In this document: in pieces, positions 30,424 through 39,636 of the stretch
Layout: every line of letters begins with the position of its first letter
How positions within the stretch are numbered: the first letter of the stretch is position 1
Origin: an uncultured Candidatus Babeliaceae bacterium
GTDB lineage: Bacteria > Babelota > Babeliae > Babelales > Babelaceae
Direction of reading: 5' to 3'
DNA: 64,000 nucleotides
Assembly (NCBI GenBank): GCA_963704655.1
Contig: OY969927.1
Span: forward strand, 640,001 to 704,000
Translations under genes and position numbers: made by a program
Notes under the pieces: generated by a model
The model's database searches: none
What the model was told of the DNA's origin: nothing
What the model saw: the letters and a program-made list of their open reading frames with translations, nothing else

Positions 30424-31060
30424 AATTTTCGTGAAGCGCGCTTACATATAAAATAGTTATGAGTGCAGCATATAACGGATAAAGCAAGAACGTATTTAAA
30501 ATTAATCCTATAAGCCCAAGATCAACATAATTAATTGCTGTAGCAACAAATGCGACAATAGATAAACTGGGCGCATTATAAAGCAAAAAAAACCCACTGC
30601 GCGCAAGCGCATAGCCGACTTTATCAGGTATTGAACCAACGGCATCATATAAAAATGCAAAGCTCACCAGCGCTGATATGAGTATTATGCCAAAAGTAAT
30701 TTTCGGCAGTAAAATTGCAAGTAATGTATATACAAGAATTACAGCTAACAGGCTTGTTACATTTTCTAAAGAAAAATAGTCACGAAGGTAACAAAACTTT
30801 TTCAGGCCTACTGTTGGCCGCATTAAATACATCATAAGTGAGAGTATAAGCAATGTAACCAGCACCCCACATAGGGCATTTTTAACATAATAAAGAGATA
30901 GCATACAACAAGCATATGCAAGAAAACCGTAGGTTGTTAAAAGTGCATAATAAAAACGTTGCGTGTGCAAATAAATTAATCCTAACCAGGTTGTCACCGG
31001 TGTCCGCGTAAGTGCGTACCAAGATTGTTGCCAGAGTAAAATTATTTTTCCAAAAGCCAT
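30401..31060 (-). CDS. Multi-pass membrane hypothetical protein
   Basis: Several hydrophobic helices; overlaps the plsC start. Confidence 0.65.
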   Translation of the reverse strand: MAFGKIILLWQQSWYALTRTPVTTWLGLIYLHTQRFYYALLTTYGFLAYACCMLSLYYVKNALCGVLVTLLILSLMMYLMRPTVGLKKFCYLRDYFSLENVTSLLAVILVYTLLAILLPKITFGIILISALVSFAFLYDAVGSIPDKVGYALARSGFFLLYNAPSLSIVAFVATAINYVDLGLIGLILNTFLLYPLYAALITILYVSALHENYELYYAE

Positions 31061-31079
31061 TTTTATACACTTGTTATTG

Positions 31080-31155
31080 ACCGCTCAAATGGATTCGACT
31101 TCGCTCACCACGAGCGGCCGGTCCGCTCATCCTGAGCCTGTCGAAGGGTTAGCGG
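31080..31155. repeat. Tandem pair of palindromic repeats (BIME-like)
   Basis: Two units in opposite orientation: ...ttcgacttcgctcaccacgagcgg and ccgctcatcctgagcctgtcgaagggttagcgg. Confidence 0.85.
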
Positions 31156-31209
31156 CAAATAAACTTACTTAAGAAGTTTATAAAAATAGCACCCAAACAA
31201 GCAAGAGTT

Positions 31210-31878
31210 CTAAGCAGCAGGCGCTGCACCAGGAAGCCCAGCAGCTGCTCCAAAGCCTGTTTCACGCTGTGAGGTCGCCTGAGTTTTAGCCAACTCTGAA
31301 TTGGCGCCCGCCCCAGAAAGATTAATACCAATATCACGCTCGCCGCATAACTTTAAATCATTATACTGGTTAGCAAAAACACCTTTACCTTCAGGGTAAC
31401 ATTCAGTGATATCAAGCACGCGTGAACATGGAACTTGTGTATCACAATTGATCTTATTCGTGCCCGTCCAACACTGAGCCCGTTTTTCAGGGTCGCCATC
31501 ATTAGGTAAACAGTTGGTATTATCAGGCTGACAGATATAACAGGCAACCTTGGCGCCTTTACCAAACTTAAGTGAACGTTGCTGGAATAAACTTCCCAGA
31601 TAAAAGCTCTGTTTTGGATCATCAACATTTGCAATCTTAACATATCCATTCCATCCACCATCTGCATTAGTTTTTTGCTGACAGGTAAACCAGCCACATC
31701 TATTGGTAGTAGTCTTAAATTCAAATATTTCAAAGCCTTTTGCATCTTTAACGGGCACCCAGCATGTCCCCTTACCTCTATTGGCCATTAAGGTCTCTTG
31801 CCCGGGAAGATCTGCCCGCAACAACTGAACACCAATAAAAATTGACAAACTAACGCCAGTTATCCATAATTTCTTCAT
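31210..31878 (-). CDS. Secreted Cys-rich hypothetical protein
   Basis: Signal peptide, 11 Cys, Ala/Gly-rich tail. Confidence 0.7.
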   Translation of the reverse strand: MKKLWITGVSLSIFIGVQLLRADLPGQETLMANRGKGTCWVPVKDAKGFEIFEFKTTTNRCGWFTCQQKTNADGGWNGYVKIANVDDPKQSFYLGSLFQQRSLKFGKGAKVACYICQPDNTNCLPNDGDPEKRAQCWTGTNKINCDTQVPCSRVLDITECYPEGKGVFANQYNDLKLCGERDIGINLSGAGANSELAKTQATSQRETGFGAAAGLPGAAPAA

Positions 31879-32030
31879 AGTATATCCTTCATCTTTACAT
31901 TTAGTACTTTATTACTTACTATCTTACCCTACTGTTACGATAGATATCAATAAATATTTGACTTTTTGTAATTAATTCTTTTATGATTAAGGTAAAATAG
32001 CTAAAAAATATTAAAGAAAAAGTAAAAACC

Positions 32031-34316
32031 ATGAAAAAATTACTTATTGTAGAATCACCCGCAAAGATTAAAACGATCTCCAAGTTTCTTGGGAAAGACT
32101 TTGTTATTCTCAGTACCGTAGGCCATGTAAAAGACCTGCCTCAAAAAGAACTAGGTATTGATATAAAGCCTTCAGATAAAGGCGACGGCACTATTGATCT
32201 TACCTATACGGTGCTGGATAAAAAAGACAAGATTATTGCCGATATCTGCAAAGCAGCCCGCACAGCAGATGAGATATACCTGGCGCCCGATCCTGATAGA
32301 GAGGGTGAAATTATCGCCTGGCATATAGCCCAAGAGATCCAAAAAGTTATTAAAGACCCAAGCATTATCCACCGTATAACTTTTAATGAAATTACTAAAA
32401 CGGCAATTGAAAATGCGATTAAACACCCTGGCGTTATTGATGAAAATAAAGTTGGTGCACAACAAGCCCGCCGTATTTTGGACCGCCTTGTGGGATATGA
32501 AGTTTCACCAATTTTATGGCGCAAAATAAGCAAAGGCCTTTCTGCCGGGCGCGTACAATCGGTAGCGCTCAAGCTTATTTGCGACCGTGAAGAAGCAATC
32601 AGAAACTTTAAGCCAGAAGAATATTGGTCGGTTCATGGCACATTTGATTATGAAAAACAGAAATTTACCGCGCAACTCAGCCAAATAAATAAGAAAAAGG
32701 CTGACATTAAAGATGAGGCTACCGCCCTTGGTATAGTTGATAAGGCAAACAAAGGCTCCTATCTTATAGACTCTATTAAAGATTCTGCACGTTCACGTTC
32801 AGCAGGTGCGCCTTTTATAACCAGCTCCTTACAACAGGCTGCTTATAATAATCTTGGTTTTTCTGTACAAAAAACAATGCAAGTTGCTCAAAAGCTTTAT
32901 GAAGGTATTCCGTTAGAAGATAGTTCAACGCCTGTTGCATTAATCACCTACATGCGTACCGATTCTCCACGAATTGCCGATAGCGCTATTAAAGAAGTTC
33001 GTACGCTTATTAAAGATAATTATGGTGCAGATTATTTACCTGGCAAATCGTTAATTTATGCAAAAAGTGGCGGCCAAGATGCCCACGAAGCGATTCGCCC
33101 GATTTCAGTAGAAATGGCACCTGAATATGTAAAAAAATATGCTTCAAGCGATGAAGCAAAGTTGTATGAACTTATCTGGAAACGCTTTGTTGCCTGCCAA
33201 ATGAAACCGGCAGAATATGCACAACGCGCGGTTACTATTGCCGGCGATAATGGCCTAGTATTTAAAGTAACAGGTTCAACATTAATGTTTGATGGTTTTT
33301 TACGCGTTTATGCTGAACCAGAAGAGTCTGCCGATGGCGGGACAGGTGAGACTCAAGACCCTGAAAAAGTTACTATTCCAAAAGGCTTAACAGAAAAAGC
33401 TCAAGTAGGTCTTGATAAAGTTAACCCTAAACAGCACTTTACTCAACCACCGGCACGCTTTACTGAAGGGTCATTGGTTAAAGAGCTAGAAAAAGAGGGA
33501 ATTGGCCGACCAAGTACCTATGCAACCATTATGAAAACCATTCAAGCGCGTTCGTATACGTCACTTGATACCAAAAAGAAATTTATTCCTACCGAGCTTG
33601 GCATGGCAGTTACTAAGATATTAACTGAAAACCTGCCTAAAATTATGAGTACACAATTTACGGCGGTTATGGAAGAGGATCTTGATAAAATCGCGCATGG
33701 GCAAATGAAGCGTAACACGCTTATTTTTGAATTTTATGCGCCGTTTTCTGAAGATCTTGAAAAGTTCCGTGGCGAAAAGGGAAAACAGGTAGAAATTACT
33801 GATATTACTTGCCCAGAATGCAAAAAACATAAACTTGCTATTCGCTTTGGCAAAACCGGTTCATTTGTTGGCTGTTTGGGCTACCCTGAATGTAAATTCA
33901 CCAGCAACTTTGAACGCGACGAATCTGGTGTCATTAAACTTGTCACGGCACAAGCACCAAAATTACTTGAAGAGGCCTGTCCACAATGCGGCAAACCACT
34001 ACGTAGCATGGTTGGCAGATACGGACCATTTATCGCCTGCTCTGGTTACCCTGAGTGTAAATATATCCACACAGTTAAAGCCAACTTCCCCTGCCCAAGT
34101 GACGGCGGGCAAGTTATTGAACGCTCATGGAAAGGCAAAAAGTTCTGGGGCTGTAAAAATTACCCGAAATGTAAATTTAGTATTTCTGGCGAAATTGAAC
34201 AGACTAAATGCCCTAAATGTAAAAAACAGCCTTACTTATTAAAGCGATTTAATAAAGATGAGACGGTTACACTTACGTGTCCGGATAAAGAGTGCGGATA
34301 TTCAAAAACTGAATAA
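32031..34316 (+). CDS. topA: DNA topoisomerase I
   Basis: IVESPAK, DPDREGE, SAGRVQS, LITYMRTD, C-terminal zinc ribbons. Confidence 0.97.
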   Translation: MKKLLIVESPAKIKTISKFLGKDFVILSTVGHVKDLPQKELGIDIKPSDKGDGTIDLTYTVLDKKDKIIADICKAARTADEIYLAPDPDREGEIIAWHIAQEIQKVIKDPSIIHRITFNEITKTAIENAIKHPGVIDENKVGAQQARRILDRLVGYEVSPILWRKISKGLSAGRVQSVALKLICDREEAIRNFKPEEYWSVHGTFDYEKQKFTAQLSQINKKKADIKDEATALGIVDKANKGSYLIDSIKDSARSRSAGAPFITSSLQQAAYNNLGFSVQKTMQVAQKLYEGIPLEDSSTPVALITYMRTDSPRIADSAIKEVRTLIKDNYGADYLPGKSLIYAKSGGQDAHEAIRPISVEMAPEYVKKYASSDEAKLYELIWKRFVACQMKPAEYAQRAVTIAGDNGLVFKVTGSTLMFDGFLRVYAEPEESADGGTGETQDPEKVTIPKGLTEKAQVGLDKVNPKQHFTQPPARFTEGSLVKELEKEGIGRPSTYATIMKTIQARSYTSLDTKKKFIPTELGMAVTKILTENLPKIMSTQFTAVMEEDLDKIAHGQMKRNTLIFEFYAPFSEDLEKFRGEKGKQVEITDITCPECKKHKLAIRFGKTGSFVGCLGYPECKFTSNFERDESGVIKLVTAQAPKLLEEACPQCGKPLRSMVGRYGPFIACSGYPECKYIHTVKANFPCPSDGGQVIERSWKGKKFWGCKNYPKCKFSISGEIEQTKCPKCKKQPYLLKRFNKDETVTLTCPDKECGYSKTE

Positions 34317-34318
34317 AA

Positions 34319-34348
34319 AAAAGGCCCCGGAAATTTTCCGGGGCCTTT
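34319..34348. terminator. Bidirectional terminator
   Basis: aaaGGCCCCGGAAatTTTCCGGGGCCttt. Confidence 0.8.
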
Positions 34349-34368
34349 CAAAATCTACTTAAGAATTA

Positions 34369-34743
34369 TTATCGTAAATTTTCGATAATCTCTTCAGCTT
34401 CTTCAAGATCTTCTTCTGTCTGGCCGATAGCCTCTTTAATATCTTCAAGAGATTCTTCTATTTCTTCAACCATATCCTGAATTTGAGAAATAGCTGTCTT
34501 TGAGTTATCCAAAAGCTCGGCTAGCGCATCAAGATGCTCTTCTAAATCTTCAAAATACTCTTCTTGGCAAGATTCTTCGCACGTACCTTCTTGGCAACTT
34601 TCTTGCTCTTGAACTTCTTCTTCCTGGTTACATGGACAATTCTCGCATGAACAAGCATTATTCGGCTTTAAGCCCTTTAATTTATTAAAAAAAAGCTTCT
34701 CTTTTAATAAGTTTTTCTCTTTATTATTACAATTCCAACACAT
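34369..34743 (-). CDS. Small Cys-rich, very acidic hypothetical protein
   Basis: CWNC, CSCENCPC, QESCQE/EESCQE, acidic coiled coil; RBS ggggg. Confidence 0.65.
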   Translation of the reverse strand: MCWNCNNKEKNLLKEKLFFNKLKGLKPNNACSCENCPCNQEEEVQEQESCQEGTCEESCQEEYFEDLEEHLDALAELLDNSKTAISQIQDMVEEIEESLEDIKEAIGQTEEDLEEAEEIIENLR

Positions 34744-34854
34744 AATACCCCCTTTTTTTTGATTATTATTGATTATATACTTACTATTCAGCTTAACAAA
34801 AAGCTCAACTGAAAATCAATAGTTTTATCAAAAAAAGCCCATAATTAAAGCGTA

Positions 34855-35673
34855 TTATACTAAAAGCTCGGGTCGATACTCAAAGTGCATCGTATCGAAA
34901 TGCTTCCACTTGCCGCCCCAGATAAACCCATGTTTTTCAAAAATCAGGACAATTTCCCAGGGAATTCTGTTTTTATAGGAAACAGGCATATCTTCTGTTA
35001 CCGTGATACCCTGATCTTCTAGATCCCACTGCCAATAATCAGAATAGTCGGTATTAATATCAATGGTCATACCAAAGCTATGGGCACTAAGTCTATGTGT
35101 ATTGGCTATTTTGCGCCATTTGAAAGTACCACCTGGCTTTTCAAGAAAAACTTTATATTCTGGCTTTTCATGAACTAATTTTTCTAACTCTTTAGAAATA
35201 CTTTTTAATTTCTTATGGACACCATTTACTGTTGTAACCATAAGCTTATAACGTTTTTTACCAAAAATTCCTGGCATCCACCGAATTTCCACAAGATGCT
35301 TTTCAACATTCTTTTCTGAATCACCATACATCTTGCAAAAAAATGGCGTATATCGCACACGCCCCGGGTCATCTTGTGGAATATAATCCTGTATATTTTC
35401 AGTCAAACCAGAATGATACGTAATATCTTTAACCTGATCGATTAATTCTGCATGATTTAATTTTTGTGCTGTAGTTTTAAAAGCTTTAACATCACCCACC
35501 GGCATCTGCGTGCCATCGTGCCAGGTGATATATGTTTCAGAGATTGCCTGAATATAATCCGGATACGCTTTTTGTAATCGCTCAAGATCAGAAATTGCTG
35601 ATGCCTGTACGGTACACAACACAAAAAGTATAAGTAATCTATTAATTTTTTTTATCATCATACGATTTTCCAA
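34855..35673 (-). CDS. M15-family (peptidase_M15_4-like) carboxypeptidase
   Basis: WRKI, SAHSFGMTIDI, GFIWGGKW, DTMHFEY. Confidence 0.88.
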   Translation of the reverse strand: MENRMMIKKINRLLILFVLCTVQASAISDLERLQKAYPDYIQAISETYITWHDGTQMPVGDVKAFKTTAQKLNHAELIDQVKDITYHSGLTENIQDYIPQDDPGRVRYTPFFCKMYGDSEKNVEKHLVEIRWMPGIFGKKRYKLMVTTVNGVHKKLKSISKELEKLVHEKPEYKVFLEKPGGTFKWRKIANTHRLSAHSFGMTIDINTDYSDYWQWDLEDQGITVTEDMPVSYKNRIPWEIVLIFEKHGFIWGGKWKHFDTMHFEYRPELLV

Positions 35674-35805
35674 CCAGGGTTACAACGCTACATTAATAAT
35701 AAAAAAATAACAGTCCCAAAGTCAATAAATTATATATTAGAAAATAATTATTCAAATTTGTCGATAACAACGTATATACTTTAAATACCTAGATAGTATA
35801 AAAAA

Positions 35806-36714
35806 ATGAAAGAAAAGATCATGAAAAAAGTATTAGGTATGATTCTTAATTTTTTATCGTTAAGTATATGGTGCAATAACCCCGTTAAAATTGCTATCAC
35901 TATTGATGATCAGCCAATGGGTAATACAGCTTTATTTACTGCAACAAAAAGAACTCATAGATTCATTGCCACATGCGCAGCCCACCATTGCAAAGCAGCT
36001 TTCTTTTGCGTGGGGGATTCATGCACCCAAAATCAAACAACACTCGACACATTATCAGAATTAAATAAACATGGTCATTTTCTTGCAAATCATTCCAAGA
36101 CACATAGCTTTTTAAGTAAAATACCACTTTCAGAATTTGAAAATGAGATCATTGAGACTGAAAAAATTTTAAAACCCTACAATAACATGAGAAAATGGTT
36201 CCGTTACCCATATCTTGATTATGGACATGAAAAAAAGCGTGGGGGATCACCAGAAAAAAAAGCTGCCGGGTTAAAAATCTTACAAGATCTTGGATACACA
36301 GATGGGTTTGTCTCTATTAATACATTTGATTGGTATATAGATAAAAAACTGAACGATGCCATTAAACAAAAAGATCTTATAGATTACACGGCATTAAAAA
36401 GAGTGTATTTAGAACTATTAAAAGAATGGTCAGAATTCTATATTGAGCTTTACAGAAAAGAGCTGCAACAAGATATTACCCATACTCTTTTATTACATGC
36501 AAACGATATCAACGCACTTTATTTAGATGATATCTTAAATATGATCAAAGAGTCTGGTTGGGATATCGTATCACCTGAGATGGCATTCCAAGATCTTTCA
36601 TGGAAAAGTAAAGTTGAAAACTTTGAACGACTTGGTGATGACCCAGCAACGCTCAACTATGCTTCAATAAACGATAGATTAGAAAAAGCGAACGTATTTA
36701 CAAAACGGGCGTAA
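35806..36714 (+). CDS. Polysaccharide deacetylase (CE4) (start may be 35821)
   Basis: ITIDD, NHSKTH, FRYPYL, LLLH. Confidence 0.88.
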   Translation: MKEKIMKKVLGMILNFLSLSIWCNNPVKIAITIDDQPMGNTALFTATKRTHRFIATCAAHHCKAAFFCVGDSCTQNQTTLDTLSELNKHGHFLANHSKTHSFLSKIPLSEFENEIIETEKILKPYNNMRKWFRYPYLDYGHEKKRGGSPEKKAAGLKILQDLGYTDGFVSINTFDWYIDKKLNDAIKQKDLIDYTALKRVYLELLKEWSEFYIELYRKELQQDITHTLLLHANDINALYLDDILNMIKESGWDIVSPEMAFQDLSWKSKVENFERLGDDPATLNYASINDRLEKANVFTKRA

Positions 36715-37354
36715 ACTGGGCAAGGTTATTAATCCCAAGCTCTTTTTCTAGCTGTTCTACTTGTTTTAATACGCCATAAAAGCCATGCTTACCAAAAAGG
36801 TCATATTCCAGATCTTCTGATTTTTCACCCAGATCATCAAATTCAGCCTGCGTAATCAGCGAACGCACTGCAGAAAAAAGCTCGGTGTCTTCACGCGCTT
36901 CATGCGGACGATACATGTTTATAAATTTTTTCAGTAAATTTTTAATGGTTCTTAACGTTTTTTGATCACGCTTTGATGATTGGCACAGCACTTTTAATTG
37001 AGCCGTAATTGCACGACCTTTTGTATGCTGGTCACGCAATGTTTTGGTTAACCCTGATTTTTTGTTATTTTTTTCAAAAATGGGAAAGATATATTGCTCT
37101 TCAATTTTTTCATGATAATTTTCAATGAATTGCTCAATAATAGTAACTGCACGCAAGAGTATCTGCGCTGGAAAATCTTTTCTATCAATTCTTTTGATTA
37201 TTTCTTCGTAAACTAATAGTACTCGGTTTAAAAGACCATGCTCCCGCATAAGATCTTCTGTTATAGGAATATCTTGGGGATTAATCTTTTTATCAACATC
37301 AGCAAAAATCATGCCGAAACCAATAACACTTGTTATAAAAAATCTTAATTTCAT
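36698..37354 (-). CDS. Hemerythrin/HHE-domain protein
   Basis: EHGLL, YHEKIEEQYIF, DQH, HEAREDTELF. Confidence 0.85.
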   Translation of the reverse strand: MKLRFFITSVIGFGMIFADVDKKINPQDIPITEDLMREHGLLNRVLLVYEEIIKRIDRKDFPAQILLRAVTIIEQFIENYHEKIEEQYIFPIFEKNNKKSGLTKTLRDQHTKGRAITAQLKVLCQSSKRDQKTLRTIKNLLKKFINMYRPHEAREDTELFSAVRSLITQAEFDDLGEKSEDLEYDLFGKHGFYGVLKQVEQLEKELGINNLAQFTPVL

Positions 37355-37494
37355 AATACCACTCTATTCTTGTTAACTTGATACTAGCGTTACATAAAAA
37401 AGCGCTTAAAAACAACATTTGGCATCTTGCGCAGTTGATATATACTAATATAAAACATTAAATAAACTAAAAAATAGCCTTTTAAACGTGAAAT

Positions 37495-38415
37495 ATGAAA
37501 CACCCTTACAAAATTTTATGCTTAATATCAGCACTTACAACAAGCATAAGTTATTCGGCAGATTTAACCGTTAAATCTTTATCTAAAGAAGAAGCTATAA
37601 GCAAAATGTATCTTCAAGACAGATTCCCAAGTTATTTATCCGCACTCACTCAGGGTAGAAATAGAGTAACCTATGATAATGACCGTAAAAACTATTCCAT
37701 AACATTTGATAATGAATATTTCACCTCAAACATCTTTGCCCTTAACCCTGAAGCAACCGTTTGCGCATGGGATACTGCTACTGGCATTAGAGATTGGCGA
37801 TCGCTTATTATAGCAAATCTTCAAACGGGAGAAAAAACAACTTTAAAAGAAAGTCACTATGAAAAGCTTCATGCATTATGTATAAATGATGCTGGGGATA
37901 AAATTATAACTATTCAGCCAGATAAAATTTTGATTTCTTTTTTAGAAATTGTTAATAACAGAATATCGCTAAAATATAAAATAAAAGTCGACGTACTCCC
38001 TAAAGAACAGTCTTTTAAATACTGCTTAACTACCTTCTCTCCAACAGGTGATACTTTTGCAGTAACCAGTGATTCAGAAAATAAAGTATTAGACATTTAC
38101 TCAATTATAGAAAAAAAGATAACTTTTCAAAGATCCATCGAGGTTATAACTGAGGACAAAATCTCCGACATCTGCTTAATTTCTGATGGTTTGTTGGTAA
38201 ATAATGCTGATTCAAATATATTATTTTCCCAAAGTAATCTTGATAACCTTCAAAGTACTAAGTTGCCAGTAACATCAATAAAAAAAATATGCCGCTCAAG
38301 CAGCAACCCAGAGAGTGTTATAGCAATAACGGAAAAAGACGATCAACACATGTTTTTTGAAGTGACTCTCAATAGAAACAACAAGAACCCAAAAAAAAGA
38401 GCCCACGAAGAATAA
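37495..38415 (+). CDS. Secreted beta-propeller-like hypothetical protein
   Basis: Signal peptide; beta-rich with LNPEAT, INDAGD, FSPTGD turns. Confidence 0.6.
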   Translation: MKHPYKILCLISALTTSISYSADLTVKSLSKEEAISKMYLQDRFPSYLSALTQGRNRVTYDNDRKNYSITFDNEYFTSNIFALNPEATVCAWDTATGIRDWRSLIIANLQTGEKTTLKESHYEKLHALCINDAGDKIITIQPDKILISFLEIVNNRISLKYKIKVDVLPKEQSFKYCLTTFSPTGDTFAVTSDSENKVLDIYSIIEKKITFQRSIEVITEDKISDICLISDGLLVNNADSNILFSQSNLDNLQSTKLPVTSIKKICRSSSNPESVIAITEKDDQHMFFEVTLNRNNKNPKKRAHEE

Positions 38416-38431
38416 ACCGCAGGCTCTTTTT
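38392..38431. terminator. Bidirectional terminator
   Basis: AAAAAGAGCC...GGCTCTTTTT. Confidence 0.55.
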
Positions 38432-38439
38432 ATGCTCAA

Positions 38440-39603
38440 TTATGACAACTGCGCGCCGTTTGGAACAGCATGTTCAGGCGCAATAAAAATTAATCGCTCT
38501 ATAGATATTTTAGTCTCACTGGCTAATGCGAGAATCATATTATCTGGGGACCATGCAGCATGGGCAATTTGATTTTGATATTCACAAGTAAAAAAATGTT
38601 CAGGTTCTTTTTTATTTCTGACATTGAAAAATTCTAAATTATCAGGATGCTTTGTGTTAGTAATTGCAAAATACGAATCATCTGGAGAGAATACCACAGG
38701 AGTCTCATTTTTTCCACGAACACCTTCAGTGTGATAAACCACATCCCAATTATTGCTTCTATAAATTTCAAGGTTTCTTATATAATTGCGCGGCTCTGTA
38801 CCTGAATGCGGGCCAGGAATTTCAGGAACAAATTTTTTAGACTCAACGTAAAAATACCCACCTTTAGGGGACCATTCATAAGACGTTGGCCAAAATCCTT
38901 CAGAAAATTTAAATGATTTAACCATATCGCCATCTTTTTCTGCCACATGTAAAGAAACACTCTTTTTATTATCATTAACTGTTTTAACAACATAAGCGCA
39001 CAAATTATGCTCATGAGAAGTCGCAACAAAAGCGGCATCAGCTCTTTGTAAAATAGTTGCAGGAAGTGTCAATTCTTTATTTTGGCGTACATTAAAAAGA
39101 TGAGTGTCTCCTGTTTCAATAACATCATCAAAAACCCATTTGTTCCAACCATCTTTAATCAACACTTTTGTTTGGGTTTCGATATCCCAAAAATGTACCC
39201 TATGGCAATGATTAACTGAAAGAATTTTTCCATCGGGTGAAAAACTAACAGAAATTTTAGGATCTCTGTTTCGTTCCGCTTCAATAGACCAATGCTTAAT
39301 TGCTCGATCATCAACTATGTCGCAGACTCTAATAGTTGCCTTGTATTCATCATCATCCACCCATGAACAAATTGCATAACTTTTGCCATCTGGTGCCAAA
39401 TCTAAATCCAGACCTCTAAGAAGACTACTTTCATTGTTTTCCAGATTGTATCTTGTCATCTCCCACCCAGATAATTTCCAAACAAGAGCAGCAAGAACTC
39501 TTTCTTTAGACCATACCAATTTTTTAATCTCCGAAACTTCAGAACAAAAAAGTGTTTTCAAGGTAAAAAGCATACCAATCAATACTAACGTCACTTTTTT
39601 CAT
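38440..39603 (-). CDS. Secreted WD40/beta-propeller protein ending in MetG-derived peptide (start probably 39603)
   Basis: APDG, FSPDG, WSPKG, FSPDD, WSPDN repeats; C-terminus PEHAVPNGAQLS identical to MetG. Confidence 0.8.
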   Translation of the reverse strand: MKKVTLVLIGMLFTLKTLFCSEVSEIKKLVWSKERVLAALVWKLSGWEMTRYNLENNESSLLRGLDLDLAPDGKSYAICSWVDDDEYKATIRVCDIVDDRAIKHWSIEAERNRDPKISVSFSPDGKILSVNHCHRVHFWDIETQTKVLIKDGWNKWVFDDVIETGDTHLFNVRQNKELTLPATILQRADAAFVATSHEHNLCAYVVKTVNDNKKSVSLHVAEKDGDMVKSFKFSEGFWPTSYEWSPKGGYFYVESKKFVPEIPGPHSGTEPRNYIRNLEIYRSNNWDVVYHTEGVRGKNETPVVFSPDDSYFAITNTKHPDNLEFFNVRNKKEPEHFFTCEYQNQIAHAAWSPDNMILALASETKISIERLIFIAPEHAVPNGAQLS

Positions 39604-39636
39604 GTTACCCTGCTTAGTAATGTACAAGATCATTAT

